Shown piece by piece: positions 14,100 through 27,094 of a DNA stretch of 64,000 nt; position 1 is the first letter of the stretch, and each line of letters opens with the position of its first letter. The position numbers and the translations under genes are program-made. A model generated the notes under the pieces. That model was given only the letters and a program-made list of their open reading frames with translations, did not search any database and was not told the origin of the DNA. This DNA is from Lama guanicoe (Eukaryota): the NCBI GenBank assembly GCA_013239625.1, contig MU053493.1, positions 248,001 through 312,000 of the forward strand. The letters run 5' to 3'.

Positions 14100-14887
14100 A
14101 ATAAGATCCCAAGCCTTGAGGCTTCCAGATCCCACTAGGCCCTTCCAGTTATACATTCATGAAAGAGGATGGATAGCCTTCGGGGTCATTACCCAACGGC
14201 TGGGTTCTACACCACAGCCTATGGGATACCTCTCCAAGCAGCTAGATCCCACTTCTTGAGGCTGGCCTTCCTACATAAGAGTGTTGGGAGCCCTTTCCAC
14301 TCTCCTGGAGGAAACTTTTAAGCTAATTCTGGGGGACCCTATACGACCATATGATAATCAACAAGTTTCTGAGCTTTTAAATGGCAAGGGACATTTCTGG
14401 CTCTCATATGCTTGAAAACCCAGATGTCTGTGTCTCTGATTGTGGGACACTCAATCCTACTACACTATTACCATCACCAGATGAGTCTTTTCCCTTTCAC
14501 CTATGTTATGAGACCCTATCCATTTCTGTAGGAGCCAGAACAGATCACACTGACCAACCCCAGGAAAACCTTGATGAGATCTGCTTTATTGATGTGAACC
14601 ACATATTCTTGTGGACCTCTTAGCAATCTGCAACTGCTTTTCAAGCAACACCCCAAGTCAAACTTCAAATTCCTATACAACAAGGCAATCATCCAATCAA
14701 CCAAGACAGCTTTTATGCAAGCCCCTCTGTGGACACTGACCCTTTGCTGACCACCTTACCAGTAACAGCCAACTTGTCTGGGACCCCAATGGGGTCCAAC
14801 AATGCCCCAGATCAGCCAGAAGCAGCTAGAGCAGTCATCGCCCTCTACATCCCAAAGATTTGCATTCATATGACAAGAGGTGGGGAA
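14100..14887 (+). mobile_element. Deleted ERV1 internal fragment (pol connection/RNase H remnant, 3' end with PPT)
   Basis: Translates to AFGVITQRLGSTPQPMGYLSKQLDP (~14177) and CGTLNPTTLLP, both gamma-like pol motifs. PPT aagaggtggggaa immediately precedes the LTR. Confidence 0.75.
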
Positions 14888-15289
14888 TGTTAGGTAGTTT
14901 AAATAGAAATGAGCACTGGGCAGGGGGAGAGGAAGGGGAAAGGGACAATCCAGAACACAAGGAACATGTGCTGTCTAATTAACCAGAGCAGAAGGAACCT
15001 GAACTGTCAACAACCAGAGCATAGGGACTTTGAAATGTCATTCAATCAATCAGTCAATCAATCAATCACAAAACCAGGATATAAAAACAGGGGAAACCAA
15101 GAAACAGTGTCATTTTTCCTCTCTCAGATTGGCCTGCTACTATGTTGTGGGAGTGTACTAACTTTAAATATTTTTTAATTCACTAATAAAAGTTCTTTCT
15201 TATATCACAGTTTTTGTCTCTAATAAAAATTATTTTTTTTTGAGTGAATGAGATCTGAGGTAATTCTTACTTCCCTTTTCCTGGTAACA
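14888..15289 (+). mobile_element. ERV1 3' LTR
   Basis: Inverted termini tgtta...taaca, TATAAAA at ~15080, AATAAA at ~15185 and ~15222, preceded by a PPT. Confidence 0.8.
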
Positions 15290-17872
15290 CAATAACATTC
15301 TTTTCTCCTTGTGACACGATACAATTGGAAACATTAATTATAATACCAAGGATTTGACTGGAACGTCATAAATGAAAATGATATGCATCAAACCAAATAT
15401 AACCTAAGAACTTTAAGGAACTAAGGTTGACTTTAAGGACCCAATTCTTACAAAGACTTCCTTGGAATATCTGGCCTGAACTAGGCTTATGTGGTTTCAC
15501 AGTTTAGAAATCGCAAGAAGAATTACTTTCTAACAGTCCCAGAAACCTAAGACTATTTGGAATATGTAGACAACTTCAGGATTTCTAATCAAGATGGCGG
15601 GATGATAGGAACATAAGCTTATCTCTCCTTGTGACTACAATGCAAAAGATCCTGGAAGCTAGGAAAAGAGATTGTTTGCAACTGGAAACAAAAAGAGGGA
15701 ACCACCACAGGATGGTAGTAGGGGTGTGCTTGTAATATAATTGGGCCCCATACCCCTCGGATGAGTGACCCATAAGCTGAAAAATAATTAAATCACAGAG
15801 GTGATCCCACAGGAGTGAGAGCTCTAAGCCCCACATCAGGCTCCCCAGCTCTGGTCCCAGCATGGGAAGAGAAGACCCAAGGACAACTAGTTCTGAAGGC
15901 CAGAGGGTCTTATCTCTGGGACCCCCCTGGGACTGGGGGAAACAGTGACTACATTTGTTGGGAAGTGTACATAAAAAGTCACATACACCAGGTCCAAGGG
16001 CAGAGGCAGTGATGTCATAGGAACATGGGCCAGACCAGCCTGCTGGATATAGAGGATCTCCTGGGGACCTGGGGGATGCCTACGGTTCACCCAGGGGACA
16101 TAAAAGCTGATGGAAGATATTCTGAGTGTGTTAATCTACATCAGCTTTCCTGGAGGTGGACATCTTGATTGGATCATTAGATATAAGTTCCATCCTGACC
16201 CGACAGCCTGTAGGGAAGCCTCAGGCCAAACAATAAACAGGGTGGGAATACAGCCACAACCATCAACAGAATCCTTAAGGCACAAAGGCCTCTAGACACA
16301 ACCCTACCCAACAGAGGTCCAGGACCAAGCTTCACCCAGCAGTGGGTAGGCACTGGCTCCTCTTGTCCAGAAACCTGTATAATCCTGTAGTCCAGCCTTA
16401 TCCACCAGGGGAAGATACTTAAAATAAGAAAACAATGATTCCAAAGCCTGTGGAAGGAATCCACAAACACATAGAAAGGCAGATGATATGAGATGGGAGA
16501 GGAATATCTCTCAGGTCAAGGCACAAGGTAAAATCCCAGAAGAAGAAATAAATGATAAGGAGATAGGCAATTAATCTGAGAAAGAGTTTAAGGTAATGAT
16601 GGTGAAGATGTTCAGAGAACTCAAGAAGAGAATAGATGCACAGAGCAAAGTTTTATGTAGAGGTGTGAAATATAAAGAATACCTAAAGAGAGTTGAAGAA
16701 TAAAATCACTGAAATAAATAACAGTAGAGGGAAACAAGAATAGACTAAGTGAGTCAGAAGAATGGACCAAGAGCTAGAAGACAGATAAGTGAAATGAACT
16801 TAAATATAAAACAGAAAAATATGCACAGACATAGAATAAAAACTTGTAGTTGCCAGGGTAGAGGGAGGTGGGAAGTTATAGACTGGGAGTTTGAGATATG
16901 TAGATACTGACAGGTATATGACTGATCTAAAAAATAGTCTATTAAAAAAACTACTTTGGGAATGTATAGAATAGAGGAAATCATCTCAATTGATATGATA
17001 TTGTAGAGAAAATCTAGTGTAGACACTTGGATTGACTTTATGGCCTCAAGAGGCATTTAAAAGTGTAATATCATGTTCCTTATGAAAAGTTTCAGCAAAG
17101 CAAACTCAAGAGACCATTTGGTCAATCAGTATTCTTGCTGTACTTACAAAAATAATCAGACTAAGCATAATGAGACTGGACATATTTTGCAAATAAATTT
17201 GTCTATGATTCTCTCTGATAGAAGAGGTGGTGACAATAGAGGTAAAATTTTGTTTCAATAGAAAGCCGTGATGTACACTTTTGGGTCTGAACACACGTCT
17301 TGGTAGTCCTTGACAAATCCTGGATTATTCTACTTTCCTCCATTTTTTCTCCCTTATGACTTGGTATCATTGTGAAGTAAAATAGCCCATTTCCCAAAGC
17401 CTGGCAAGTTGAAGCTAGAAAATGTATCAGAAACTTCAAGGAATTCACAACAGACCATGAAAAGGCAACATTTGTGTCAGCTTCTGTGTGGGCCACTCAG
17501 CAAATTCACCTGAATACTTGATGCCATCACCATGGACAGTCAAACTGAAAACTGGGAAATCCATTGCATTTCCACTGCTACCCTCTCTCCACTATCTAAA
17601 GACATTTTGAGCCCAGCCTCTTCTTGATTTGCTGCCTTCTGGATTCCGGTTTTGTTCACTATTACTCTTTTTTTCTCTGATTTTCATAGAAATGACTCTT
17701 CATTAAATGCTTGATGGCTAGCACCCTCCAGCAAATGCACTCTACTAACAAGTCTTAACAGATGATTCAGCTGGCTCTTAATGAACAAAGTGTGTCTGAA
17801 CACGAACTGAGTTTATATTATTGAAAGGAAAGATGAACACCTCTCTCTTCTTTCCTTGAACAAGAAAGGGCC
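15290..17872 (+). mobile_element. MER67-like ERV internal 3' part, array copy 2 (interrupted by an L1-derived insert)
   Basis: Aligns to ~10950-12156 (ttatgaaaagtt.cagcaaagcaa.ctcaagag; tattcttgctg.actta). Ends in aagaaagggcc before the LTR start tgaca. Confidence 0.8.
15571..16950 (+). mobile_element. L1/HAL1-like element: 5'UTR + ORF1 N-terminus joined to an L1 3'-end piece
   Basis: Begins near tcaagatggcgg. The 5'UTR is homologous to 24570-25500. ORF1-like coiled-coil sequence runs from 16488. An L1 3'UTR-like segment lies at ~16800-16920. Degenerate flanking direct repeat. Confidence 0.75.
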
Positions 17873-17891
17873 TGACAAATATATTTGGTGG

Positions 17892-18485
17892 GAACTCTAA
17901 CTGGAAAAGACACATGCACCCCAATGTTCACAGCTGCACTATTTACAATAGCCAAGACATGAAAGCAACCTAAATGTCCATCGACAGATGACTGGATAAA
18001 AAAATCATGGTCTATATATACAATAGAATACTACTCAGCCATAAAGAAGAATGAAATAATGCCATTTGTGGCAACATGGAAGAAAATAGAGATAGTCATT
18101 CTATGTGAAGTAAGCCAGAAAGAGAAAGAAAAGTACATGTGATATCACTTATATGTGTAATCCAAAAAGAAAAACAAAAATGACACACATGAACTTATTT
18201 ACAAAACAGAGACAGACTCACAGACATAGAATACAAGCCTATGGTTACCAGGGGGAAATGAGGTGGTGAAGGATAAATTGAGAGTTCAGGATTTGTAGAT
18301 ACTAACTTCTATATATACAACAGATAGACAATATATTTCTACTGTATAGCACAGGGAACTATATGCAAAAACTTGTAACAAACTATAACCATAACTATAA
18401 CTATATATATATAATTTGAATCACTATGCTGTACACCAGAAATTAACAACATTGTAAATCAACTATACTTCAAGTTAAAAAAAAA
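17892..18485 (+). mobile_element. LINE-1 3' fragment (older subfamily) with A-tail
   Basis: aaaagacacatgcaccccaatgttcacagctgcactatttacaatagccaagacatg... ending aacattgtaaatcaactatacttcaagttaaaaaaaa. Confidence 0.9.
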
Positions 18486-18491
18486 GATTAA

Positions 18492-20117
18492 TGTCACGCT
18501 ATAAGAAACAACAACCTCTCTTCTTCCTCTCTGCCATCTGCTAAGCAGTCACAAAACTATGTGTGATCACATCTTCATCCATGTTGTCCAGGCTGGTGTC
18601 CAGATCAGTAATGTCTGCTGGGAGGTCTACTGCATGGAACATGGAATCCATCCTAATGGCCAGATGCCAAATGACAAGACCATTATGGGAGGAGTCATCT
18701 CCTTCAACACGATCTTCAGTGAAACAGGCACTGGAAAGCATGTTTGCTTACCTGGAACCCACAGTCATTGATGAAGTTTACACTGGCACCTGCCAACAGA
18801 TCTTCCACCCTGAGCAGCTCATCATAAGCAAAGAAGACGCTGCTAATATCTATGCCCATGTTCAGTACACCATTGGCAAGGAGATCATTGACCTCTTCTT
18901 GAACTGAATTCAGAAACTGGCAGGCCAGTGCACAGGTCTTCAGGGATTATTCGTTTTCCACAGCTTTAGTGGGGGAACTTGTTCTGGGTTCACCTCCCTG
19001 CTGATGGAACATCTCTCTGTCAATTAAGGCAAGAAGTCCAAGCTGGAGTTCTCCATGTACCCAGTCTCCCAGGTTTCCACAGATGTAGTTGAGAAATACA
19101 ACTCCATCCTCAAAACCCACACCACCCTGAAACACTCTGATTATGCCTTCATGGTAGACAGTGAGGCCATCTATGATATCTGTCATAGAAACATCGATAT
19201 TGAGCACAGAATTTACACTAACCTGCATGGGATGATAGGTCAAGTTGTATCCTCCATCACTGCTTCCCTGAGGTATGATGGAGCCCTGAACGCTGATCTG
19301 AAGGATTCCAGATCTACCTGGCTCCCTATCCTCACATCAACTTCCCTCAGGCTACACAAGCCATTCTCATCTCTTCTGAGAAAGCCTACCATGAACAACT
19401 TTGTATAGCAGAGATCACAAATGTTTGCTTTGAGCTAGCCAATCAGATGGTGAAATGTGACCATCACCATGGGAAATACGTGGCTTTCTGCCTGTTTTAC
19501 CATGGTGATGTGGCTCCCAAAGATGTCAATATTGCCATTGCCAGAATGAAAACCAAGCATACCATCCAGTTTGTGGAATGGTACCCCACTGACTTCAAAG
19601 TTGGCTTTAATTACCAGCCTCCCATCATGGTACCTGGTGGAGAACTGGCCAAAGCACAGTGAGCTGTGTGCATGATGAGCAACACCACAGCAATTGCTGA
19701 GGCCTGGGCTCACCTGGAGCATGAGTCTGACCTGATGTATGCCAAGTGTACCTTTGTTCACTGGTATGTTTTTGAGGCATAGAGGTAGGAGAGTATTTTG
19801 AGGCCCATGAGGACATGGCTATCCTTGAGAAGGATTATGAGTGAACTGGTGAAGATTATGTTGAAGGATATGAAGAGGAAGAAGGATAGGAATAGTAAAG
19901 TAAAATATCACAAAGGTGTCCTTTTACAGGGAAGCTTATTCTGAAACATTTAAACATTGAAAAGTTGTGGTCTGATCAGTTAATTTGTATGTGACAATGT
20001 ACACTCTCATTTACAATCACTGGCCTATGCTTTAAAACACAATGCTTTGTTATAGACCCAAATATCCACTTCTCTGATGGATTTGAATAAAATATTCCCT
20101 GTCTTTAAAAAAAAAAC
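18492..20117 (+). pseudogene. TUBA1A: Alpha-tubulin 1A processed pseudogene (former CDS 18559-19898)
   Basis: Intronless [41 protein letters not shown] through an acidic EEEG-E tail, with frameshifts and stops. The 5'UTR (caacaacctctc...gccatc) and 3'UTR (ttttacagggaagcttattctg...aaagttgtggtctgatcagttaatttgtatgt) match my recollection of TUBA1A. AATAAA at 20086, poly(A), TSD aaaagatta (18482-18490 / 20118-20126). Confidence 0.93.
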
Positions 20118-20588
20118 AAAAGATTACAAAGGGCCCTTTCAAGGATTAGTTTGTTGACCAAACTTTAATCAGACCTCTGAACCTTTGCCTAGGCCCATAT
20201 GGATACCTCTTTGTAAAATCCTCAGCAAGAATTCTGCTGAGTTTTGCATGAGGCCTTCACCCTCCATGTCTGATCAGCCTCTATATCTAATTAGGTTTCT
20301 CATTTTCCACTCCCACTAGCAGATAATTTCTGATCCTTCTGACTTGTCTTCAGAAAAAAATCCTGTATGTGTTTTTCCCAAGAATTTCCCTAGTGCTTGT
20401 ATCATATTAGTAGTATGTCATCCAGTAACCCCCACTGAGTTCCTCTGATTTAAATTCCCTCTTCCCAATTCTTTATTCTTCATTGAGCTCAGTTCTATAT
20501 TGAGATTTCTCTTTCCTTATTATTATACTTCTGAATATATTTGTTTTTACAACATTAAATACTCTCCAGGTATGGTTGTCTTGTGACA

Positions 20589-23103
20589 GTTTTCAGAATC
20601 AGTCACTCCATACAGGGCATTAACTCCCCTCTTTGTCTATTGACACAGAAGCATGAGGAGCCCAAAGTGGACAGTTGTCAGTCTTAAGCTCCACACAGGA
20701 GAATCATTGCTCTGTCTCCTGGCAGAAACATTCCTTCTCCTGGAACTATGAATTCTAGCTGGGCAGAGCTTTATGTCATGAGAAAATGAAAAGAAAAAAA
20801 GTTCTGAAGGATAATATAGAATGTGATGCCCCTGACATTTCCACCTCTTCATCCTTGGACCTATTAACAGTACCATTACTGGAAGCTTATTCAGGACACA
20901 GGCATCTCCTGAAGAAACCTTCCACAGCCCTGCAATATACTGCCACCGTCCCGAGTGCCACTGAAGCTGAGTCTTCAAAAGGCCCTTCCCCTGTTGTATT
21001 CATCCAGCTGCTTTAGGATGGTGGTGAACAGGGTGAGATAGTGGACTCAATGGGCATGCGCCCCTAGCCTCACTTCTTTTGCTGTGAAGTGAGTTCCTTG
21101 AACTGAAGCAATCCTTCATAGAAAACTATAGAGAACAGATAAAGCATCTTTAAGTCCACATTGAGGTTTTGGCAACAACCTGCATGCAGTTAAGGCAAAT
21201 CCAGACCCACTGTGTTTCAACAAGGGTAAAATGACACACAATGAAAGCATTCTGATCTAATCAACATTCCAGCAGGGGTCTGTTTGAAGACCCCCTGGAA
21301 TGTGCCACATGAGAAACCCAGTACTTCTGCCGTCTTTTGGCAGATCAGGCACTCAGTCATGGTTAATGGAATTCCATTTTGATGAGACATGCATGAACTC
21401 TTGTCACTTCCACCACAGCCACCTTGTTCATGAGCTCTCTGGGCAAGGACAGGAAAAGAGGCTGACTGATACCCACAGAATGTGTCATCCTCTCTGCTTG
21501 ATTGTTCTGGGGTCAAACCCTGATAAGCATTCACATGGGACACACGTATCTTTTGTTTTCCCCATTGAGAGAGGTTAATCCACAAACCTATTACACAAAT
21601 TTCATTCTTACCAGTTTTCCAATCATTTTCCTTTAAAGTCCCTTTGTCCTGACTGTCAAGCCAAACCACTGCATCCTGCCCCAAATCATTATATAATAAG
21701 ACTTCAGGACATTTTATCTTTCAAACAATATGCACAAGCAGGTAAACTGACTGCCTGAAATTCTGAAAGGTGAGATAATCACTGTCCATCCTCACTGTCC
21801 TTCAGTGAAGCCTCAGGAAGGGGCTGTGGCACTTCAGCTCTCCACTTTCAGGTGACACCTCTATGGTGCAAAACCATCAGTAAACAGGCTTGCATCTTTT
21901 CTTCCTGTTTCAAGGGGCCAAAGGGAACTTCACACTATGGGATACAGGTATGTATGTGAGAGGCCACTTCTTCCTGACACTTACATGTACCTGCCTGGCC
22001 TGTCTGGGCTGAATCATATATTTACCACTCCCATTTGATATAGGAGTGCTGCTGTGCATGCCCAACTTTAAGACTTGTTGGGTCAGAGAACACTTGGGTA
22101 GCTCCAGTCAAATAATGTGTTGGTGGCTCATGGTTTAATATTCAGTCTCTCATGAGGTTCAGACACAGAGCAAGAGGTGTCTCTCAAAAGGAGAGTATTA
22201 ATTGGAGTTTGATAGCTGGACCTTGCTCTAAAATCCTAACTACCTATGCTGTGATTTACCTGTGGGCTGGAAAAGGCTTCAAATAGCATCCCTGTCAACC
22301 AATGGAGCTTCAAGAACCATTATGTCAGCTGGGTTACATGATGCAAGTGGTAGAATGGCTTGCACAGCATCCTGGACCCATTACAGTGCCTTCTCTTCTC
22401 CCCACAACCAACCTCAAAACTTGTAGCTTCTTGTCACTTGATGCGTGGGACTGGCTAACACACCCAAATGAGGAATATGTTGCCTTCAAAATCAACATGT
22501 CCACTGGGTGTTGTGCTTCTTAGTTTTAAGAAGGGATACAGATACAACAATCTACACTTTACCTTAAAAAGGGTATCTGGACATGTCCCACACCTTTGGC
22601 TCCTTCGAGATGGTACTGAAGCATAAGCTCCTTGAATTTTATTTGAATTCAGTCTCCACCTCCTGACATGCAAATGTCTTATCATTAAGTCTTTAGTAGT
22701 TGCTTGTCTTCCTCTCTAGATCCAAGCAGCATAACATCATAATGTAATTCATCAGTATAATGAACCAGTGCTATGTCTTGTGGGAGGAAGTAGTGATCAA
22801 CATCCCTGCAAACTAAACGGTGACAAAGGCTGGAGAGTTGATACATCCCTGAGGTAGGACAGTGAAGGTGCATTGCTGGCTTCACACCTGTAAGGAAATT
22901 GCATGTTGTAGGCATTAAGGTGAGGGACATATTTGCTAGGTCAACAGCTCACTACTGTGTATCAGAGTATGTGTGAATATCCTGTATCAATAAAACCACA
23001 TTTAGTACAGCAGTTACATCAGTATGTTAATCTCCCAACAATCCACTGTCGTCCTTCAATACATTTGTCCTCTGCCCAGGCCAAATAGAAGAGTTGAAAG
23101 GGG
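20589..23103 (-). mobile_element. ERV-L pol remnant (RT, RNase H, integrase)
   Basis: LCHRLVCRDVDHYFLPQDIALVHYTD resembles HERV-L RT (LCHNLVRRDLDR..LPQDITLVHYIDD). ENDWKTGKNEICVIGLWINLSQW...VSHVNA resembles HERV-L RNase H. SPFNSSIWP at ~23080-23103. Confidence 0.9.
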
Positions 23104-26100
23104 AAATTTTAAGTATTGGCTCTTTGAAGTCTATCTTAGTTCTTTAAAGCACTCAGGCCATATCTGATTGGATGTGGAACACTCTCAAATATAAAATTCT
23201 AGTTAAAGCCATTACAATGTAACCAATGTTTCCAATTCTGTCTTGCTGTAATTAGAAGATATTTTTCATTGAAATTATGCAAATTACTATAGTGCCATAC
23301 ATATAAGCATTCAAATTCTGGAGGGATGAAGTAGAGTGAAAAAAAAGCAATTGTCACATCTTTGGTCACAAAGTGATACTTTACCAAATTGGTATATGTT
23401 ACAAATAATTTAAGGGAAGATTCCTTCAGCCCAGAAAACTTTTTTTTTAAAGAGTAAAGTTTCAAATAAAATGTCCATGGTTAAAGTTCTGATATAGTTT
23501 ATTTGGTCAGTTATTTGAGGATATTAGTTATTTCTGTGGCATGAAATATTTTTATATGGGAATCTGAAAGCTAAGGAGTTGATAAATGTATCACTTCTGA
23601 TTTGACAATGCACCTCAGGTAATTTAACCTACAAAATAAACCAAAATAGTTTAGCATCTGTATTTTACAAAATAAGATACAAACACTGAGATTTTCCAGA
23701 GACAATCTGGAAAATCTCAAAGTTAGCTTGAAGTCAAAAAGACTGTATGTAGAATCTGTTTCTTAGAAGCTGCCAAAATGTCAAAAGGATGAACACTTCA
23801 TTAAATAGGATAACCAGCCACTGTAAAACAATAGGTTCATTTCACCCAACTGAAAAAATATTTCAAACGAAACTATATAAAGTTATATAGTTATAAATAT
23901 CTAGCTTTTTTAATATCAAGAACTCAGTTTTTTTAAGGAATAAAGGATCTGAACTACAGGAAAACATTTCAAGATATAAATATTAGATTCCCAGGAAAAC
24001 ATTTAGCCTAAAGACTAAACTTTTCTTACAATTTCTTATCAAGAGCCACCCTCAAACCTAAGTAAAGTTTCTTGTATTAGCAGAGAAAGAATAACCAAAA
24101 TTCTAGTTCTGCATCATGGTACTATTAATTCTAAGACAAAGCTTTCAAAACCTTGTGAATAATCCTTCCTATCTTAGTACTGACCACACAAGATGCGTTT
24201 TCAAATCTTGCTTTCTGATAAATCTTCTCTAACTTAAAAAAATCCATATCTGAATCACCTCAGTGTACACCTAAAAGTAACACAATATTGTAAATCAAAT
24301 ATACATTAATTTAAAAAAATCATGTCTTACTTTTCCCACATAAAGAACTATTTTTTACCTTATTAGTTCTGGTACTATCATTTATTAATTCTGATAAAAT
24401 TTTAACCATTAGTCACTTTACTTTTAAAGAGAAAACTATGAAGTAAGCAATTTTTAACAGGCACATTATTTGGAAGCAAATTTATAAATAAATAACTTCA
24501 TAACAATCTAGATGCAGGTGACTTTTTCATAGCACAAGTTCTCACATTTGAAAATGGACCCAAATTGGGTTCTGGCCAGGGAGACAGAGTGGTAGGACCA
24601 TGAGCTCTCCTCTCCTTGTGACTACAATGAAACCACAACTGAATGCTAAACAACCATTAAAAAAGACTGGAAAATAGCAAAAAAAAAAAAAAAGATCTTC
24701 TGCAACTGGAAAAATAAAGAAGGAACCACAGCAGGATGGAAGGAGGGGTGTGCTCATGATATAATTGGGCTCCGTAACCCACAAGTGGGTGACCCACAAG
24801 CTTAAGATTTGTTAAGCTGCAGAGACCCTCCCATAGTAGTGAAAGCCCTAAGCCCCACATCAAGCTACCGAGCTGAGATCCAGGCATTGAGAAGGGAAAG
24901 AGACTCCAGAACATATGATTTTTAAGGCCAAGGCTCTGATAGCCCTATGGGACTGGGAGAAATGGTGACTCCATTCGCTTGAGAAGCATACATGTAAACT
25001 CACATGCACCAGATCCAAGGGTAGAGGCAGTGATTTCATAGGAACCTGGGCCAGACCTGCCTGCTAGATTTGGAGGATCTCCTGGGGATGTGAGTGATGG
25101 CTGTGCCTCACTCAGCAGCCATAAAATTTGGTGGCAGGCATTCTGGGAATGTAAATCTACATGAGCTTTCCTGGGATCTGACATCTTGATTGGATTTTTT
25201 GTACCAAGTCCAGCCCCAACCAACAGCCTGTAGGGAAGCCTCAGGCCAAACAACATACAAGGTGGGAACACACCCCCACCCATCATCAGAATTCCTAAGC
25301 GATAAAGGCCTCTAGACACAGCCTTACCCACCAGAGGTCCAGGGCCAAACTTCACTAAGTAGTGGGCAGGCACTGGCTCCTTCTGCCAGGAAACTTGCAT
25401 AAGCCTCTATTCTATCCTTATCCACCAAGGGCAGATACTGGAAATAAAGAAAGCAAGCAACCCAAAGCCTGTGGAAGCAATCCCAAATACATAGAAAGAT
25501 AAAAAATGTGAAGTGGCAAAGGATTATCTCCCAGACCAAGGCACAAGATAAAATGCCACAAGAAGAAATAAGTGATGAGGAGATAGGCAATTTATCTGAG
25601 AAAGTGTTTAAATTAATTATGATGAAGATGTTCAGAGAACTCAAGAGGAGTATAGATGCATAAAGTGAAGTTATGAGCAAAGAGTTGGAAAATATAAAAA
25701 AATACCCAGAGTTGAAGGATAAAACCACGAAAATGAACAATACAGTACAAGAAGGCAAGAATAGACTAAATGAGGCAGAAGAATGCATCAGTTAGCTAAA
25801 AGACAGATAAGTGGAAATCCTTATTTCAGAACAGAAAAAAATAAAAAAATGAGAATACAAAGGAATGATGATAGCTTAAGAGAACCCTGGGACAAAATGT
25901 AGTTCTCTAATATTTGCACTTTAGGGGTCCCAGAAAGAGGAGAGAGAGAAAGGACATGAGAAAAACTTTTGAGAGATAATAACTGAAAACTTCCCCAACA
26001 TGGGAAAGAAAATAGTCATCAAATTGACAACAATTAGGGATAGGCAGAGAATATTAAAATTAGTAAGAGAAAAGCAACAAATGGCAGACAAGGGAATTCT

Positions 26101-27094
26101 CACAAGTTTATCAGCTGACTTTTCAACAGAAACTCTACAGGTCAGAAGGGAGTGGCATGATATATTTAAACTGATGCAAGGGGGAAACTTACAACCAAGA
26201 ATACTCTATCCAGCAAGGCTTTGTTCCGACTTGAAGAAATCAAAAGCTTCATAGTAAACAAAAGCTGAAAGATTTCAGCACCACTAAACCAGCTTTACAA
26301 AAAGTACTGAAGGACCTTCCATAGTCATCAAATGAGAGAAAAAGAGAAAAATAAGAAAGAGAAAAAAAGAGAGAGACCTACAAATGACAACTTTGGCTGT
26401 TTGGGGAATTTTGTGGTTCCTTACAAATCTTGGAATTGTTCTAGTTCTGTGAGGAATGTCTTGAGTATTTTGAAATGTGTTGGGTTGAATCTGTGGATTG
26501 CTTTGGGTAGTGCGGCCATTTTGATACTGTTGATTCTTCAAACCCAAGACCTCAAGAAATCTTTCCATTTCTTTGTGTCATTTCAGTTTTCAGAGTATAA
26601 GTAACCTCCTTGGTTAAGTTTATTTCTAGGTCTTTTGTTGTTTTTGATGTAATGGAAATGTTAGTACCAGTTATAAAATTCTGGCTTTGAAGTGAAAAAA
26701 AAGTGAATGAAGGGCCACAAATGGCAAAACATACTACTATTTTATGGGTGAGTTGTATTCCATTTTATATATATAAATATATATACATTTCATCTCCATT
26801 GTCTATTCAACTGTTGATGTGCACTTGGGATGCTCCCATGTCTTGGCAATTATAAATAATGTTGCTGTTAATAGTAGGGTGTATGTATCTTTTTGAGTTA
26901 ATTCTTACTTTGTGGATGGCTTTGTTCCTTTGTTAACTATGTAAGTTAAAAAAGCTAAAACTCTAAACATTCTTAGAAACAATGAACAGTACATATATGT
27001 AAATTTAAAAATATATGTGCAAAAAAACTATCAAGCCATTAAAGACATAGAAGAAACTTAAAAAATATATTGCTAAATAAAAGAAGCCAATCTG

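Larger units (their letters stand above)
17873..20588 (+). mobile_element. MER67-like 3' LTR of array copy 2, split by an L1 fragment and the tubulin retrocopy (LTR parts ~17873-17891 and ~20127-20588)
   Basis: tgaca start after PPT; ttgaccaaacttta.tcag, ctaggcccat, cagcaagaat, taaattccc; ends ttgtgaca. Confidence 0.7.

Noticed and set aside
18559..19898. Functional alpha-tubulin retrogene
   Set aside because: Multiple frameshifts and in-frame stops; the MREC start and C-terminal EEY are mutated.
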